This document shows positions 23,645-37,000 of a stretch of 62,425 nt of DNA, in pieces. This DNA comes from Girardia tigrina (lineage: Eukaryota): assembly GCA_001938485.1 (NCBI GenBank), contig MQRK01250900.1:1-62425 (forward strand), written 5' to 3'. A model generated the notes under the pieces. It did no database searches. It worked only from the letters and a program-made list of their open reading frames with translations, and had not been told where the DNA came from. How positions within the stretch are numbered: the stretch's first letter is position 1; every line of letters begins with the position of its first letter. A program made the translations under genes and the position numbers.

Positions 23645-24867
23645 TTAGATTGTCAAGTATGAAATTTTTAGGCATAAAAAATAGTTATTATTTATAGTTA
23701 TTTATATTATTAAATTCAAATAGTAATATTTTGACGACGACTTAAAATTTTGTTGATACGTTTTTTGTTTGATTGCTACACATCAATAAAAATTAATTGA
23801 AATTATTGATAACTTTTTTTAATAATCAGTATTTAAAAATATGAAAAAGGCAGAATTGAACTATTATGAAGTACGAGTTTCTACTCGGAACCTCAGCATC
23901 AAAAATCATGTGACACATCAATAGTCTTTTCAGATACTATACGCAGCAAACAATCTCAAATTTGTTCAGGAAATTTGTAAAATGTAATTTTAACCTCAAT
24001 AATGACTCTCTGAGTCATCAAAGAACGCAGGTAGATAATTACGAACTGAACGTAACCGTGAAGTCGGATTCATGACAAAGTTATTATGATTTACCGCTAA
24101 CTTTTGTTGATACAAAGCAAACATTATTGAATCGCTTCGCTGAAATCGATAAAGTGAACAAGTTAGATAAGTGCATTCAATTTGATTTGAATGAAAAACA
24201 GAAACAAAAGTGTTTGGATGCTTGCATGATGATGATTTCACGTTATAAATATGATCACTTTTTGAATCAAATCGTCAGTTGTGCTAAAAAGTGGATCCAA
24301 TATGAATATCGCAAACGTTTAGCAAGCTGGATGAACACGAATGAAAATCCAAAACACAGTCCAAAGCACAACATTCATGAAAAGAAGCTGAGGGTGAGTG
24401 TTTGGTTATCTGCCGTAGATGTAATCCATTGACTTCATAAAACCGGGTTCGTCGATAAGAACAAATGTCTACGGCAGCCAATTGTAAGATATGATGCGGA
24501 AACAGCAGCGTTTGGTAAACAGGTCGACTTCCATCTTACTTAACGACAATGAAAAATCACATACTGTATTTAAGACCGTGACAACACTATTTTGAACATT
24601 TGCATAATCATCCATGCTCACCAGCATAATCATCCATACTCCGACTGAACAACTTTTGATAGGAAAAAAATTCAACTCCGACGATGCCGTAGAAAATGTC
24701 TTTCCAGAAAATTTTTATTAAAATGTCCTAAACAAGCTGCCACTCAAATGACAATAGTGTATCGATGCTATGACTGTATACACTGATGAATGACATAAAT
24801 ATTTATATTGGTAAATTATCAATAAACTTTGACTCTAGTTCTACAAATTTCATACTTGAAATCCCAA
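23645..24867 (+). mobile_element. Full-length decayed mariner transposon
   Basis: TIRs ttagattgtcaagtatgaaatttt / aaatttcatacttgaaatcccaa with TA flanks; FLNQIVSCAKKWIQYEYRKR (degenerate TGDEKW). Confidence 0.85.
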
Positions 24868-25449
24868 TACAATATAAAACAGTCTGTCAAATATCTTTTA
24901 TCTTTTCCATTTCTTATTTCAACCGAATTTGATCAATTTTAATTTATAAAAAGGAATTAAAAATAAAAACTTTGTGGAAATATAATAAATTGAATTACTA
25001 TTAATTATAATCACTAATTATAATTATTAATTATACATAATAATTGTCATTAAACTTTATTGAATTACATATTGAATATTTTTTTCAAATTGATCTTAGT
25101 CTATATATTTTTGAAGTTATACAAAGTCATAACTGCACAATGAGTTCATATCATTATTCATACATTAAGTAATTAAATAATTATGAAATAAAGTTTTTAA
25201 TGAAATTTTTTTTTCGACGAAATAAATTGTAAAAAAAATTAGTTGAATAGAATATTTTTTTCATTTTCATTTAATTCAAAACGATATTTTAAGTTTGAAA
25301 CTCTTATTAATAAAAATTGCACAACTTATTTTATTTCAAGTATTCTTAAATAAACTTTACATTTATATTGTTTCAAATACTTTTTCTCAATAATTTTTGT
25401 TGATAACGAGCAAAAACAACAATAATAACAAATAAATAATATTTTCTTT

Positions 25450-26300
25450 TTAAAAATGGACTCCTTGTTTCTTCACATAAATTCTAACTCTTATGAAAGT
25501 TCCTTATGATCTTTTGCAAGCTTTGAGCGCTAATCTCATCTTACACTTTGATCAACGCTTGTTTCAAAGATTGCGCACATGGGTGGGACTTTGTGTATGA
25601 ATCTTTTCTTAGGTGATGAAAACTAAATAATCCAGATGGCTTTAATCTGATAAGTATCAAGTTTCTCCAAAGGGGATCGATCTTGAGGAAATTATAGAAG
25701 TTGCGACGAAGAAATTATTTACCGCGTTAGCATTTAACCCAAGCTCTCCGTTGTATTGAAAAAATTACCAGTTATAATCAAAATGCTGTTTAGCCCATTT
25801 CTCTTCAAACATAGAAATGTATGCGCGACCATTTATTTTCACACTGGTATCAACAAAAATAATAAGAATTTTTCCTGTCGTACAATTTTTGACCCTTAAC
25901 ATGAGCACTTGATTTAATAAAAACGTCGTGTTGTCTCTCTAACCTCTTGATTTCTTAGTCACAGTTTTACTGTTGCTGAAGGCTACATCCAATTTATCCT
26001 AATTGAGCATAAAATCCTGAACAATGAAATACTCGATTTTTGGTGATTTAATTGACCAACAATTTGTAGAACGCAATCCAGCAAATGACACTAGCAACTG
26101 ATAAACTTTGGTTTGGCAGCTGAACAAAAACATTTGTCTTCTTGCTGGTATTCACGTTTGTTATGTCAGCAAAAACCATTACAACATATTGCATATTATG
26201 CATACATTATTGTATATTAGGAGTTTTATATTTACTGTGAAAAGTACATGCCCTGATGCTGGGTTATGTATATATTCCAGTGTTTTAAAATAAAATTTTA
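25450..26300 (-). mobile_element. Highly decayed Tc1/mariner (maT/DD37D-like) remnant
   Basis: Manual minus-strand translation gives IFVDTSVKINGRAY, and an SPDLNPLDY-like stretch near 25625-25655. Confidence 0.5.
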
Positions 26301-26498
26301 GCACTTTTTTCCTGTCTGCATTTTTGTGGAGTTCAAAGTAATATTTACCATTAAGTCTTTAAAAGTACATAATCAAGTTTTCTAAAACATAATTAACAAT
26401 ATTTTTGTTGATATTTTTTAACCAGTATATTCGTTTTCACAGTTTTAGCACGTTTTATGGAATTTAATATGACTTTATTTTAATGGATGTATTTCTAG

Positions 26499-26748
26499 AT
26501 TAGAACTTTTAAAAAAGAAAAGAAGAAACAGAAAACTTGTTGACGTTGCTCTTGAAATCAGAAAAATGAATCAATATGATTCAAATGGTTGGGATAATAT
26601 CCATTCGGCTGCTTTCAAGGGATTTATATCGTCTCTTGAAAAATTGGTTGAAAAACACCCTGATAAATTGGAATTAACAACCATAGACGAGTTACGGTCT
26701 ACACCCTTATTACTGGCCGTTATGTCGGGCAATCTGAATACAGTTCAG
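26499..26748 (+). CDS. ANKAR: ANKAR-like ankyrin/armadillo repeat gene, exon (ankyrin repeats)
   Basis: GWDNIHSAAFKG...TPLLLAVMSGNLNTVQ; AG and GT boundaries; upstream exon/start not established. Confidence 0.75.
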
Positions 26749-26965
26749 GTAAAATTGTATTTTATACATTTGTATTTTGTCTAATATCTTTACTAAAAAT
26801 TTCAATTGCTTTTTCGATCAAAGTCATTTGAACTTCTAAAATAAACTATATATTATGTTTATTCTTTTATAGCTTATAATTGTCTAAGTTTAGCCTCCCT
26901 TAACAATACCAGAAATTTGTTACTCGTCTCTTTAAGTACAATTATGAACATTATGTGACATACGT

Positions 26966-27016
<51 letters not shown>

Positions 27017-27463
27017 CGTTGCCACAAATCTTCATATATTTTATATTTGAATCTTTATAGCTCAGCATTTCATTGTCATATTGTTTTTAGAAAAGTAGAA
27101 ATATTTTCATTAAGTTGAATATAAATGAAGGAAGCTATTTGATGAGTTCCGACACATTGTATATATTTTAATTTAACTATTGGTTTATTTTAATGTGTTA
27201 TTATTTATTTATATTTACGGTAAAAATTTTCAAATAAAATCTAGAACACATTAAAAATATGCATCTCATTTTAATGCACAGAGAATTAAAGTGCATTTAA
27301 TTTGGTTTAATTCATAATTTTTATTGTATCGTGATTAAAATTCAAAGTCATAATTTGCAAACTTTATTTCTTATACAACTTTCATTATTCAAACAAATTT
27401 ATAAGGAACAATACTTCAGTTACATAAACCAGATTTTGAAATTCTAAATATAAATAATAATAT

Positions 27464-27514
<51 letters not shown>

Positions 27515-28675
27515 AACTTATTCAATTTTGCATAAAACATATTTTGTTTTTGTTTTATTAATTTTTACAATGTTTATTAATTTGGAATATAAATTTAGAT
27601 CTTTAAAATTATTTTAAAAATTCAATTATAAATTATTTTTTAATTCGAATTTCCGTTGACAATTAAATTCAATAAACATTATAATTTCTATTTTAAAAAG
27701 TGTTACAAGATATATCAAAATCTTCTTTACAATATTCTTTTACTCTGAAACTGTTATTTTAATTGTGATTTTTTAAACCTAATTTTTTATAAAAGTTCTT
27801 TCAATTTAATTAATAAAATATTATCATTACACTATAATTTTTATTAAACTTATTTCATTTTAAGTAGTAAAAATATTATCTATAAACTTACATTTTTTAT
27901 ATATAATTTCTTTCAAAAGTTCTTTCAATTTAATTAGTAAAATATTATTTTTTAATTTATCTCAAATATAATTATGTTTTTTAATTTAAAAATCTCAAAA
28001 ATTTACAGTTCACCAAAAAGAACTCCTAACAATTTTATTTAAGAAGAATATTGTGTTTTGTTAAAAAAATTAATTTTTTAACACTAAATCAAAAGAACAA
28101 TTTGATAGCAAATTGAACTTGAAAGTTTCATCTCTACACTCTGTACTTGTTAAACCAAAGTTAATGCTGAGATTTAAGTAAGGAAATTCATTTAATTAAT
28201 AAAATTATTATTGAATTAAAACGTTTTATGTTTGGTTAAAATAAATCGCATATTGTTTAGACCTACGTAAACAATAAAATAAAGCTATAAAATGCAGAAG
28301 GTACAGGCTTTATTTAACATCTAACATCTTGGAATGATTAAGTGTTTAAACAATGTCATTCAAATCAAAATTCCAGAAAAATATCCTTTTTAAACAGGAA
28401 ACTGAAATCAGCCCTAAAAAGTTTTAAGGAAACTGTCCATTCAGACCAAACTACACAAAGAATCATTCACGAGCGTATTATTTATTTTATTTGTATAATA
28501 CATCTTTTAAAAGAACGAATAATTAATAAACAAATCCAATAAATTACACGCTGCGAATTATTTTTAATTGTGATAAAATCTCATTATTCCAAATTATCAG
28601 AAATTAAAAAAGTAAATATTTTAACTATATATCCAAAACAATCATTGAATCAAATCCTTCATAAAAATTCGATCG

Positions 28676-28799
28676 AAGTTATCATTGCATAACTCTTTGA
28701 ATATTCCTGGATCCTAAAGTTATCATTACATAACTCTTTGAATATTCCTGGATCCTAAAGTTATCATTACATAACTCTTTGAATATTCCTGGATCCTAA
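28676..28799. repeat. Tandem repeat, 41 bp x 3
   Basis: Unit aagttatcatt(g/a)cataactctttgaatattcctggatccta, no spacers. Confidence 0.95.
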
Positions 28800-29446
28800 A
28801 TACTCCTGTTCCATATATCAGCTATACCGTAATCTGCTCAGTCCAACCGATTCAACGTGAGTGTTTGTTTCCTGATATATATGATCATTTTCAATATTAT
28901 TTACCACCTAACATCAAAATCGATTGTTGTGCAGTGTTCTTAAAACAGTTTGAAGAATCCATGATTCTTTGTTTCCTTTTTCCTAATCTGATTTCCGGTT
29001 TTTAGTAATATCCTGGTTTTACCAAATATTTTTATCTTAATTACAAGTTATTGTTAATATTTCTTATAACTATCATTTATTAATAATTATTTATTTATTA
29101 ATAATTATTAATAATTTATTATTAATAATTATGAGTATTTGTACGTATTATTAGCATTTACATTGATGAAAGAAAATTATTTTTCCATTGGATCAGAAAT
29201 CGATTAGAAAGATTCTTTTGTAGAAGAATTCATTTTTTCCAAATATATATGTAGTTCGATCTCGATTACTTATCAAAATGATTATATCTACGTCACTTAA
29301 ATGAAATCAACACTAAACTAATATCTTTCGATCTCAGCATAAATATCTATTTAAATTCTTTGTCTTAATTGCAACAATTAAAGAAGATATGATGTCGATG
29401 ACTTCCTTCCATTTTCGAAACACTACATTCCCTTTGACTCGCAAAA

Positions 29447-29780
29447 ATGACTCGTCAAGTACGGGGATCTCGTCCAGAGACCATTGAGTTTTACTCCCAC
29501 AAGCTCTCACCTGCACAAACGCTATACTCTACCTTTGATCGCGAGGTGCTAATTTTATTCTTTTCTACGCGCCACTTCGAAAACGTTATGATCGCCACAC
29601 CTACAACTGTCTACACCGATCATAAACTGCTGCTCCAACTTTAATCCATGAAACCCCAATCGCCCAGGCAACAACGAAAAATCAGTTACCTTTCCAAATT
29701 TAACTTCGAAATTAAATAAATCAAAGGAGCTTATAAGGTAGTAGCTGATTGTCTGTCAAGAGTAGATATTTCTAGTCTGA
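29447..29780 (+). mobile_element. Gypsy RNase H fragment
   Basis: FYSHKLSPAQTLYSTFDRE, YTDHK, SPRQQR, VVADCLSR. Confidence 0.8.
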
Positions 29781-30029
29781 TTTTGAACCATTTTTACAAT
29801 GGAAATATTAGACCAACATCGACTAACGGAAAAAGATTTAAGTTGTTTTCAGATTCCACCTCTCGCTCGTGGAAAAGTGTTCTTAGAGACGTCCTTTTGT
29901 GAATGTCTTCGTGGAATGTCATAATCCATAACACCTGAAGACGAATGGGTGATGTAAAATTAGAGTAGTCAGAAGAAAATTTGAAATGCTCAAATGATAG
30001 TAAACTGGTAAATATATGTAAGGTACAAC

Positions 30030-30854
30030 CAGAGCCGTGGCAACCACCCCTCGCGCCCCCCGGTCGGGGGGGGCCTCACGCTTGCATGGGGCCTCTCCAA
30101 ATAGGGTCAATATTTGAAAATGTAATAGAATAACAATAATAAGATCNNNNNNNNNNNNNNNNNNNNNNNNNNNNNNNNNNNNNNNNNNNNNNNNNNNNNN
30201 NNNNNNNNNNNNNNNNNNNNNNNNNNNNNNNNNNNNNNNNNNNNNNNNNNNNNNNNNNNNNNNNNNNNNNNNNNNNNNNNNNNNNNNNNNNNNNNNNNNN
30301 NNNNNNNNNNNNNNNNNNNNNNNNNNNNNNNNNNNNNNNNNNNNNNNNNNNNNNNNNNNNNNNNNNNNNNNNNNNNNNNNNNNNNNNNNNNNNNNNNNNN
30401 NNNNNNNNNNNNNNNNNNNNNNNNNNNNNNNNNNNNNNNNNNNNNNNNNNNNNNNNNNNNNNNNNNNNNNNNNNNNNNNNNNNNNNNNNNNNNNNNNNNN
30501 NNNNNNNNNNNNNNNNNNNNNNNNNNNNNNNNNNNNNNNNNNNNNNNNNNNNNNNNNNNNNNNNNNNNNNNNNNNNNNNNNNNNNNNNNNNNNNNNNNNN
30601 NNNNNNNNNNNNNNNNNNNNNNNNNNNNNNNNNNNNNNNNNNNNNNNNNNNNNNNNNNNNNNNNNNNNNNNNNNNNNNNNNNNNNNNNNNNNNNNNNNNN
30701 NNNNNNNNNNNNNNNNNNNNNNNNNNNNNNNNNNNNNNTTCTGGGGCAGAATTTATTGCACCGCCATTAGCACGAGAGGATTGACAGTGAAAAAATCTAA
30801 GGGGCCTCATAAATTTTTTCGGGGGGGGCCTCCGGGTACTCTGCCACGGCCCTG
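30030..30854. mobile_element. Non-autonomous hAT element (mostly N gap)
   Basis: TIRs CAGAGCCGTGGCA / TGCCACGGCCCTG; perfect 8-bp TSD GGTACAAC. Confidence 0.9.
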
Positions 30855-31179
30855 GGTACAACTAATTGTGACAGTTTGTGCAAGAAAAGGAAAAGTAACA
30901 TCTATAGTTGTCAGAAACATATCTAATTTTCTGTATTTAAAACCTTTTTAGACATAATTAAAAAAAATTAATAAAATAAGGTATATTTATTTATACTTTA
31001 AATCGTAGTCATCATTTGTTTTAGTATGATTATTTATGATATGTCATTATATATTTGTAATTATAGATTTATAATTTTATTTTTATTTTTATAAACATTT
31101 TTATTATCATTTGTTATTCGTATTTATTATTATTATTTTTTATAGTACAGGTAGTCGTTGACTTGTCAAGTCGACAAAA

Positions 31180-31550
31180 ATGAGCATTTCCGACACCATC
31201 TATTGTTTGCGTATAATCGAGGCGTGAGCTTTGTGCTTTATGCGGAGAAGATGCTATAGCTGATAGAACCGTTCGTGATTGGTTCGCAAAATTTAAAATT
31301 GGCAATTTTGACCTCAAGGATGCACCTCGTTCAGGACGACCAAATGAATTCGATGAAGAGCGTTTGAACAAACTTTTGTATGAAGACGCGCGTCAAACCA
31401 CTCGAGAATTGGGAAACTCGTTGAACGTTGAGAAGAAGTCGTGAACAATGACGGAGATTATATTTGTGATTAATTTGTAGTAACTTTTTTGTTAAAATGT
31501 AAAATTCTAATTTTTCAAAAAACGGGCGGGAACTTATTCCTCAACCAATA
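31180..31550 (+). mobile_element. Internally deleted mariner
   Basis: RTVRDWFAKFKIGNFDLKDAPRSGRP HTH joined directly to the C-terminal NDGDYICD*; 3' TIR ...ggaacttattcctcaaccaata. Confidence 0.8.
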
Positions 31551-32003
31551 TATAGCTATTAAAACAATTTATTATCATAAATATTTTAATAAAAAATATT
31601 TGTACTTCTAGATTCACTGATCTTTAAACTTAATCGTTTCTAAGTTAGTTTAGCTATTGCAGACATAATTGAAAAAAATTTAAAAAAATAAGTTTGCATT
31701 TAAAATACGCTTTTCGAAGTGCATCATCAATATTTGTCACAGTATCAGCGACGGCAATTATGGTCTTCCTTTCAGACATTTTCCTATTAGAAATATTTTT
31801 TTCACTTCTTTAATTGAATTGAAAGTTGTTTCAGCCCTGTTATGAACCCCATATTTATTTATAAATCAAGATCTAAATTTAAATATAAATATATATGGAT
31901 ATTGATTTAATTGTCCCAACATTAATAAAAACAAACGCTTTTGTAAGAAGAATATGGAAGCAATGTGGATTTTTCTTCTGTAATAATCATAAATTATTTG
32001 CAG

Positions 32004-32303
32004 AAATTAATAGAACTGGGTGCTCAAATTCATACTCGAAATTCTCAAGGTCATGGAATAATAGAGATTTTATGCCTCAGAAAGGATATCTCAATGCTTT
32101 CTTATTTTCTCGATGAGGTCGATGAAAACGTTTTGCCTGTTTGGACACATCTGGTGGATTTTATGAATTCATTTGATGATGAAGAAAGTCTTCGAGCGAG
32201 TTTTTGTATTAATGAGATTCTTATCAATAATAAATCAAAAGAAAATAGAAAACCTTATGAAGAAAAATGTATATCTGCTGATATAGTTTCTATAATAATT
32301 AAG
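32004..32303 (+). CDS. ANKAR: ANKAR-like gene exon
   Basis: KLIELGAQIHTRNSQGHGII continues the ankyrin repeat in phase 0 from 26748; CAG acceptor, GTAAT donor. Confidence 0.8.
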
Positions 32304-34084
32304 GTAATTTATTAATATGATTGTTATGATATTCAAAAAATAGAAATGATAATAAAATTATTTATAGAATTTTTATTTAATAAATCAACCCAGGTAGCAT
32401 GTATGACAATCACTATTACAATTCATTAACAAAATTTACCCATCTCACGGTTCACCGGTTTTATAAATGGTCTCGCTATACTTTTTGTCTACCCATCTCC
32501 GCTGCGTTAGAATACGATAATTGAGCTGGTAAATGACCCAGGCTCTTAGCATTTAAACCCAGTAAAAATTTTGATTCCAACATTTTTGAATTTAATTTCA
32601 CTCTGTTTGTTTTATTTTCTTTTCTGTATTTTTGATCGATTTATATTGAATTTTGAGATACTCATGATTGTTTTTATTCCATATCGATAATCTATTTAAA
32701 TTATGAATAAAATCTTTTGATACATTTACCATACGTCTGTTACTGTTACATTTTATTGATTAATTTCAATATTTTCCTCGTTTGTCAGAGTTGTTGACGG
32801 GTCTTACTTTTTATGTGATGGAAGTTTGAGTAGGATATATGTCATCAATAGTCAGTTGCCAACGTTAAATGAAGTGAGGATAAAAAATATTAAGACGTTG
32901 TTTGGACTTTAATGTTAATCTCCTTTTAAGTTGATCCCTGTAAACAATTTGATAATAAATTATTAAAAATTTTAATATTAGAAATTATAATGATTGATGT
33001 AAATTATTTCTACTAATCTTTATTTAAATTTTATCGACTTTGATCGGAGCTCGTTTCGAACTGACATGACGAATTCGAATGGAGCTCCGAGCAATCTGGA
33101 AATGACGTAGGATGGTAAATAGCACAACTTTCCTCGACGAAATGTTCTTTTAATACTTCAGTGATTTTTATGATGATTAAATTTAACATATTATTTCTTT
33201 ACATGTCACAGCAGCATTTCATGAGAGTGCAAACATTTGGTGACTTTCTACATGAAAAAGAATATGCGCTCATAATTCTGCTAAAATCCCATGCAGTAAT
33301 AATAATATCTTACAAATAATATCTTACTCCTTGTCATGCCAATAGAAATCCAAAGAATTTCGATCTTAGAGAAAATACTTTCTTTGACTGAATAAGCACG
33401 TGTTGCATATGATCTTACAAGTGTCGAAAATCCAAAATCAATTAACTTAAATCGGAAAGACTAAGGGTGTGAATCACAAGGGTACCTCCAACCCTCAGAA
33501 AAGCACTGGATAAGATATAATCGATTGTTGGGATAAGGCTTGGATTGTAAGGAGGATAGACCATTAGGTCAAATTAATTTTCGTCCAATACTCGCATAAT
33601 GCTGCACTTTTGTGGATTAATTCGTTGTCCTAAAGAAACTACGTGGGAATGACCCGTTATAATCGTCAAGTATATTGGCATTTACATGTAAGATAAGAGT
33701 AGTGTACATAGTTGAATCTGGTATTTTTTTCATTTACGTTGAGAAGGTTAACACCACAGGCATCCGTAAAAAGACTTAACATCAAGTGTTTACAGTGGGA
33801 GGTTCTAAATCGCATCTTCTTGTAACTTGATTCGCCTAAAAATTCTCACTCACTTATTTGTGCTTAGACTCTGGTAAATACGTACTTAGAAAGATTTCGT
33901 ATAGCGTTTATATATAACACAGGAACACCTCATCATGCTATTAGAAAATTAAGAAAGTTTTTCTGAGAGCACTCCAGTCTCTTCTCACACATCTCTCATG
34001 AAAGAAAACGGAGAACAAATCTTGACGTTAGCCTTTTCCATTCCAATTCACGCAGGATTACTTGTATGATTTCTTTGCTTACAT

Positions 34085-37000
34085 TAACAGCATCAGCCAG
34101 AACCCCCGTTGTGACTCGACAGTTTTATCACAGTAACGATTCATATTTTTTAATTGTGTCCTACATTTCAGATTGGCGTTAAATCTTTTGGCTATCATGT
34201 TTATGCTATTGAACACAGCCCTGATTGATGGAGAGTCGTCGACATGTCTTCTACAATCTACAAAGACCAATCACACTCTCGATTCATGATGATTTTTAAA
34301 ATTGGTTTCTCTGCAAGTAAAGCATCTGTGACGATTTCTGCGATTGCATTATGTCTCGCCTGTATCAGAGTGCTGTTGGGTTTACACCAACATAGAACAT
34401 GGATCTGTGTTTCTATATCTTGACCACATGCCCTACACGTCGATTGTTGTCTTGGTTTTTTCGGCTTATAATTTGTTGGTAAACTATTTGTCCTTGCGTT
34501 GTGTAAAAATCGCCATTCCTCGATTGATAGTGACTCATTGTATAATACTTTGGAGCTGAAGTTGTGTTCTGCAAATGAGATGGCTGACATTCCAGCCATC
34601 ATTTGTTTGCTCCATTTGTCAAATTTCATTTTGTTATAGATTCTGTGCAAGTGGAAAGTTATACTGTCTATTGAGTGTTTACTTAGTATCATGGAATCAT
34701 TGGATATGTGAACTTTTAAACAAATACCTAGCTCGTTAGTGANNNNNTGAATTTGTAACCCAATGCCTTTCAGGTATTTGATTGAATTCCGAATCTTGGT
34801 CCACCAAGATTTAAATCCATTCTCTTTGTCACCTGTGTTGATCCAGTTTAGGTAATCAGAGAGTGTCCATTCTTCTTTAGTACCGTGATATCTGTCTAGG
34901 GTGTTGAATAAATTGATAAAGGTGAGATGACGCGATGTTTCGTCTGAGCACACCATGTTCCTGTACGCTTGAATTATAGATTGCATTGCGTATTCATCTC
35001 GGGCAGAGACTAAACCTAAACCACCTTTTTTCTTGTCAGCATAAATGTAATCATTGGATGAATTTGGGACCGTTCCACAAATCTTCTTCAAGTAACAACG
35101 AATTTCCACGTCAAGGCCGCTTTTAAAGATAGACTTCGTGGTTTCGTGGTGGCCATAATCCGTAAGTTCCCTGTTTGTATGTTATAGTTTTGAAAATAGA
35201 AGGTGAATCGTGAGTGTATAAAGATTCTATACGCTTCTATTTTCTGCCAGGGAAATAGTATTGATTTGGTTATTTTTTTCAAGTCCTTAATAGTTGATAG
35301 AAATAGACGTTCAGGAGTGAATTTTGTCTTTCTGGTAAAGTCTACTCCGAGATAACGGTAACCTTCTTCATCCGTTACTATAGGTATTGGTATGTTATTA
35401 ATATGGATTGATTCATTCATAAGAGGAGTTGATAAATATCCATATTTGGCTGGGTTAAACTTCATAGAAGTCCATTCAACCATGTCACATACAGATGAAA
35501 CCATGGCTTGTGTAGTCATTTAATTTATATAGGATTTAATTCCTATAATATAATTAAATCGATTAACAAATTGACAAAATGAAATGTTAAATTGTTACAC
35601 GTTGGAAATATATTTTGGAAATATTATTCTCGGTTTTTTTATTTTAAAAAGTGAAGACACTTTCGGTTCTTCACAATTGGATCCCACTTCTGACACCAAT
35701 TGTGAAGAACCGAAAGTGTCTTCACTTTTTAAAATAAAAAAACCGAGAATAATATTTCCAAAATATATTTCCAACGTCTAACAATTTAACATTTCATTTT
35801 GTCAATTTGTTAATCGATTTAATTATATTATAGGAATTAAATCCTATATAAATTAAATGACTACAGCTTGTAAACAAGAGTTGCTGGTTGCAACTAGTGC
35901 AATATCATCTGCATATGCCAGACAAGTAATCTTACCAGCCTCGGTGTCGATACCAAAAGCATCATTATCTTGTAGTGCAGCCAANNNNNNNNNNNNNNNN
36001 NNNNNNNNNNNNNNNNNNNNNNNNNNNNNNNNNNNNNNNNNNNNNNNNNNNNNNNNNNNNNNNNNNNNNNNNNNNNNNNNNNNNNNNNNNNNNNNNNNNN
36101 NNNNNNNNNNNNNNNNNNNNNNNNNNNNNNNNNNNNNNNNNNNNNNNNNNNNNNNNNNNNNNNNNNNNNNNNNNNNNNNNNNNNNNNNNNNNNNNNNNNN
36201 NNNNNNNNNNNNNNNNNNNNNNNNNNNNNNNNNNNNNNNNNNNNNNNNNNNNNNNNNNNNNNNNNNNNNNNNNNNNNNNNNNNNNNNNNNNNNNNNNNNN
36301 NNNNNNNNNNNNNNNNNNNNNNNNNNNNNNNNNNNNNNNNNNNNNNNNNNNNNNNNNNNNNNNNNNNNNNNNNNNNNNNNNNNNNNNNNNNNNNNNNNNN
36401 NNNNNNNNNNNNNNNNNNNNNNNNNNNNNNNNNNNNNNNNNNNNNNNNNNNNNNNNNCAGCCATTGTTCCAGTTGAGTACATAGGCAAGATGTGAACAAC
36501 TTGGCAATGCATTCCATCAGGGCTATTGGTCTCCATGATCCTATATCTTTGTAATTTCCTGACTTACCTGGTTTAGCGTCATCATCTTTTTATATCATCA
36601 TTGCTATTATTATTTTTTTTTATACTGACAGTTTTTTTGAGTGTTCTCAGAGGCAACTTTAATGCCATTCATCGAAAATAGACTTTTGACAATTGCATAG
36701 TTTGATAAAGTGATTTTATGTTCTTTGACAATATTTTGTAAGGTAATCTTTAGCTTAACATCAGCATCTCTAAGTCTAAATGTGCTATCTAGATTGTTTA
36801 GTAATTTTAGAGTTTTATATATTTTATTTTTGGCTTCTTCGTGATTTTCTTTTTTTAGAGAGTCATGAAGTTGCAATGAAATCTCGTCACACAGCAGCCT
36901 GACTGCAATGCCATAGCCATCGCACTGTTTGTGATATCTGTCACATATAGATTCAAAGATGTACTCTAATTTCTCTGGAGAGAAGACAGTCGGAGCTCTA

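Noticed and set aside
28676-28799. 41-bp repeats as a CRISPR array
   Set aside because: Head-to-tail copies with no spacers, no cas genes, eukaryotic context.
30076-30861. Long ORFs made of X (also 17183-17684, 35853-36536)
   Set aside because: Artefacts of N gaps; only the RT residues flanking the 35985-36457 gap are meaningful.
35681-35698. tRNA-Leu gene
   Set aside because: Only the 3' 18 nt with encoded CCA are present; this is a PBS copy, not a gene.
35584-35781. 65-aa ORF
   Set aside because: Chance frame across the palindrome.
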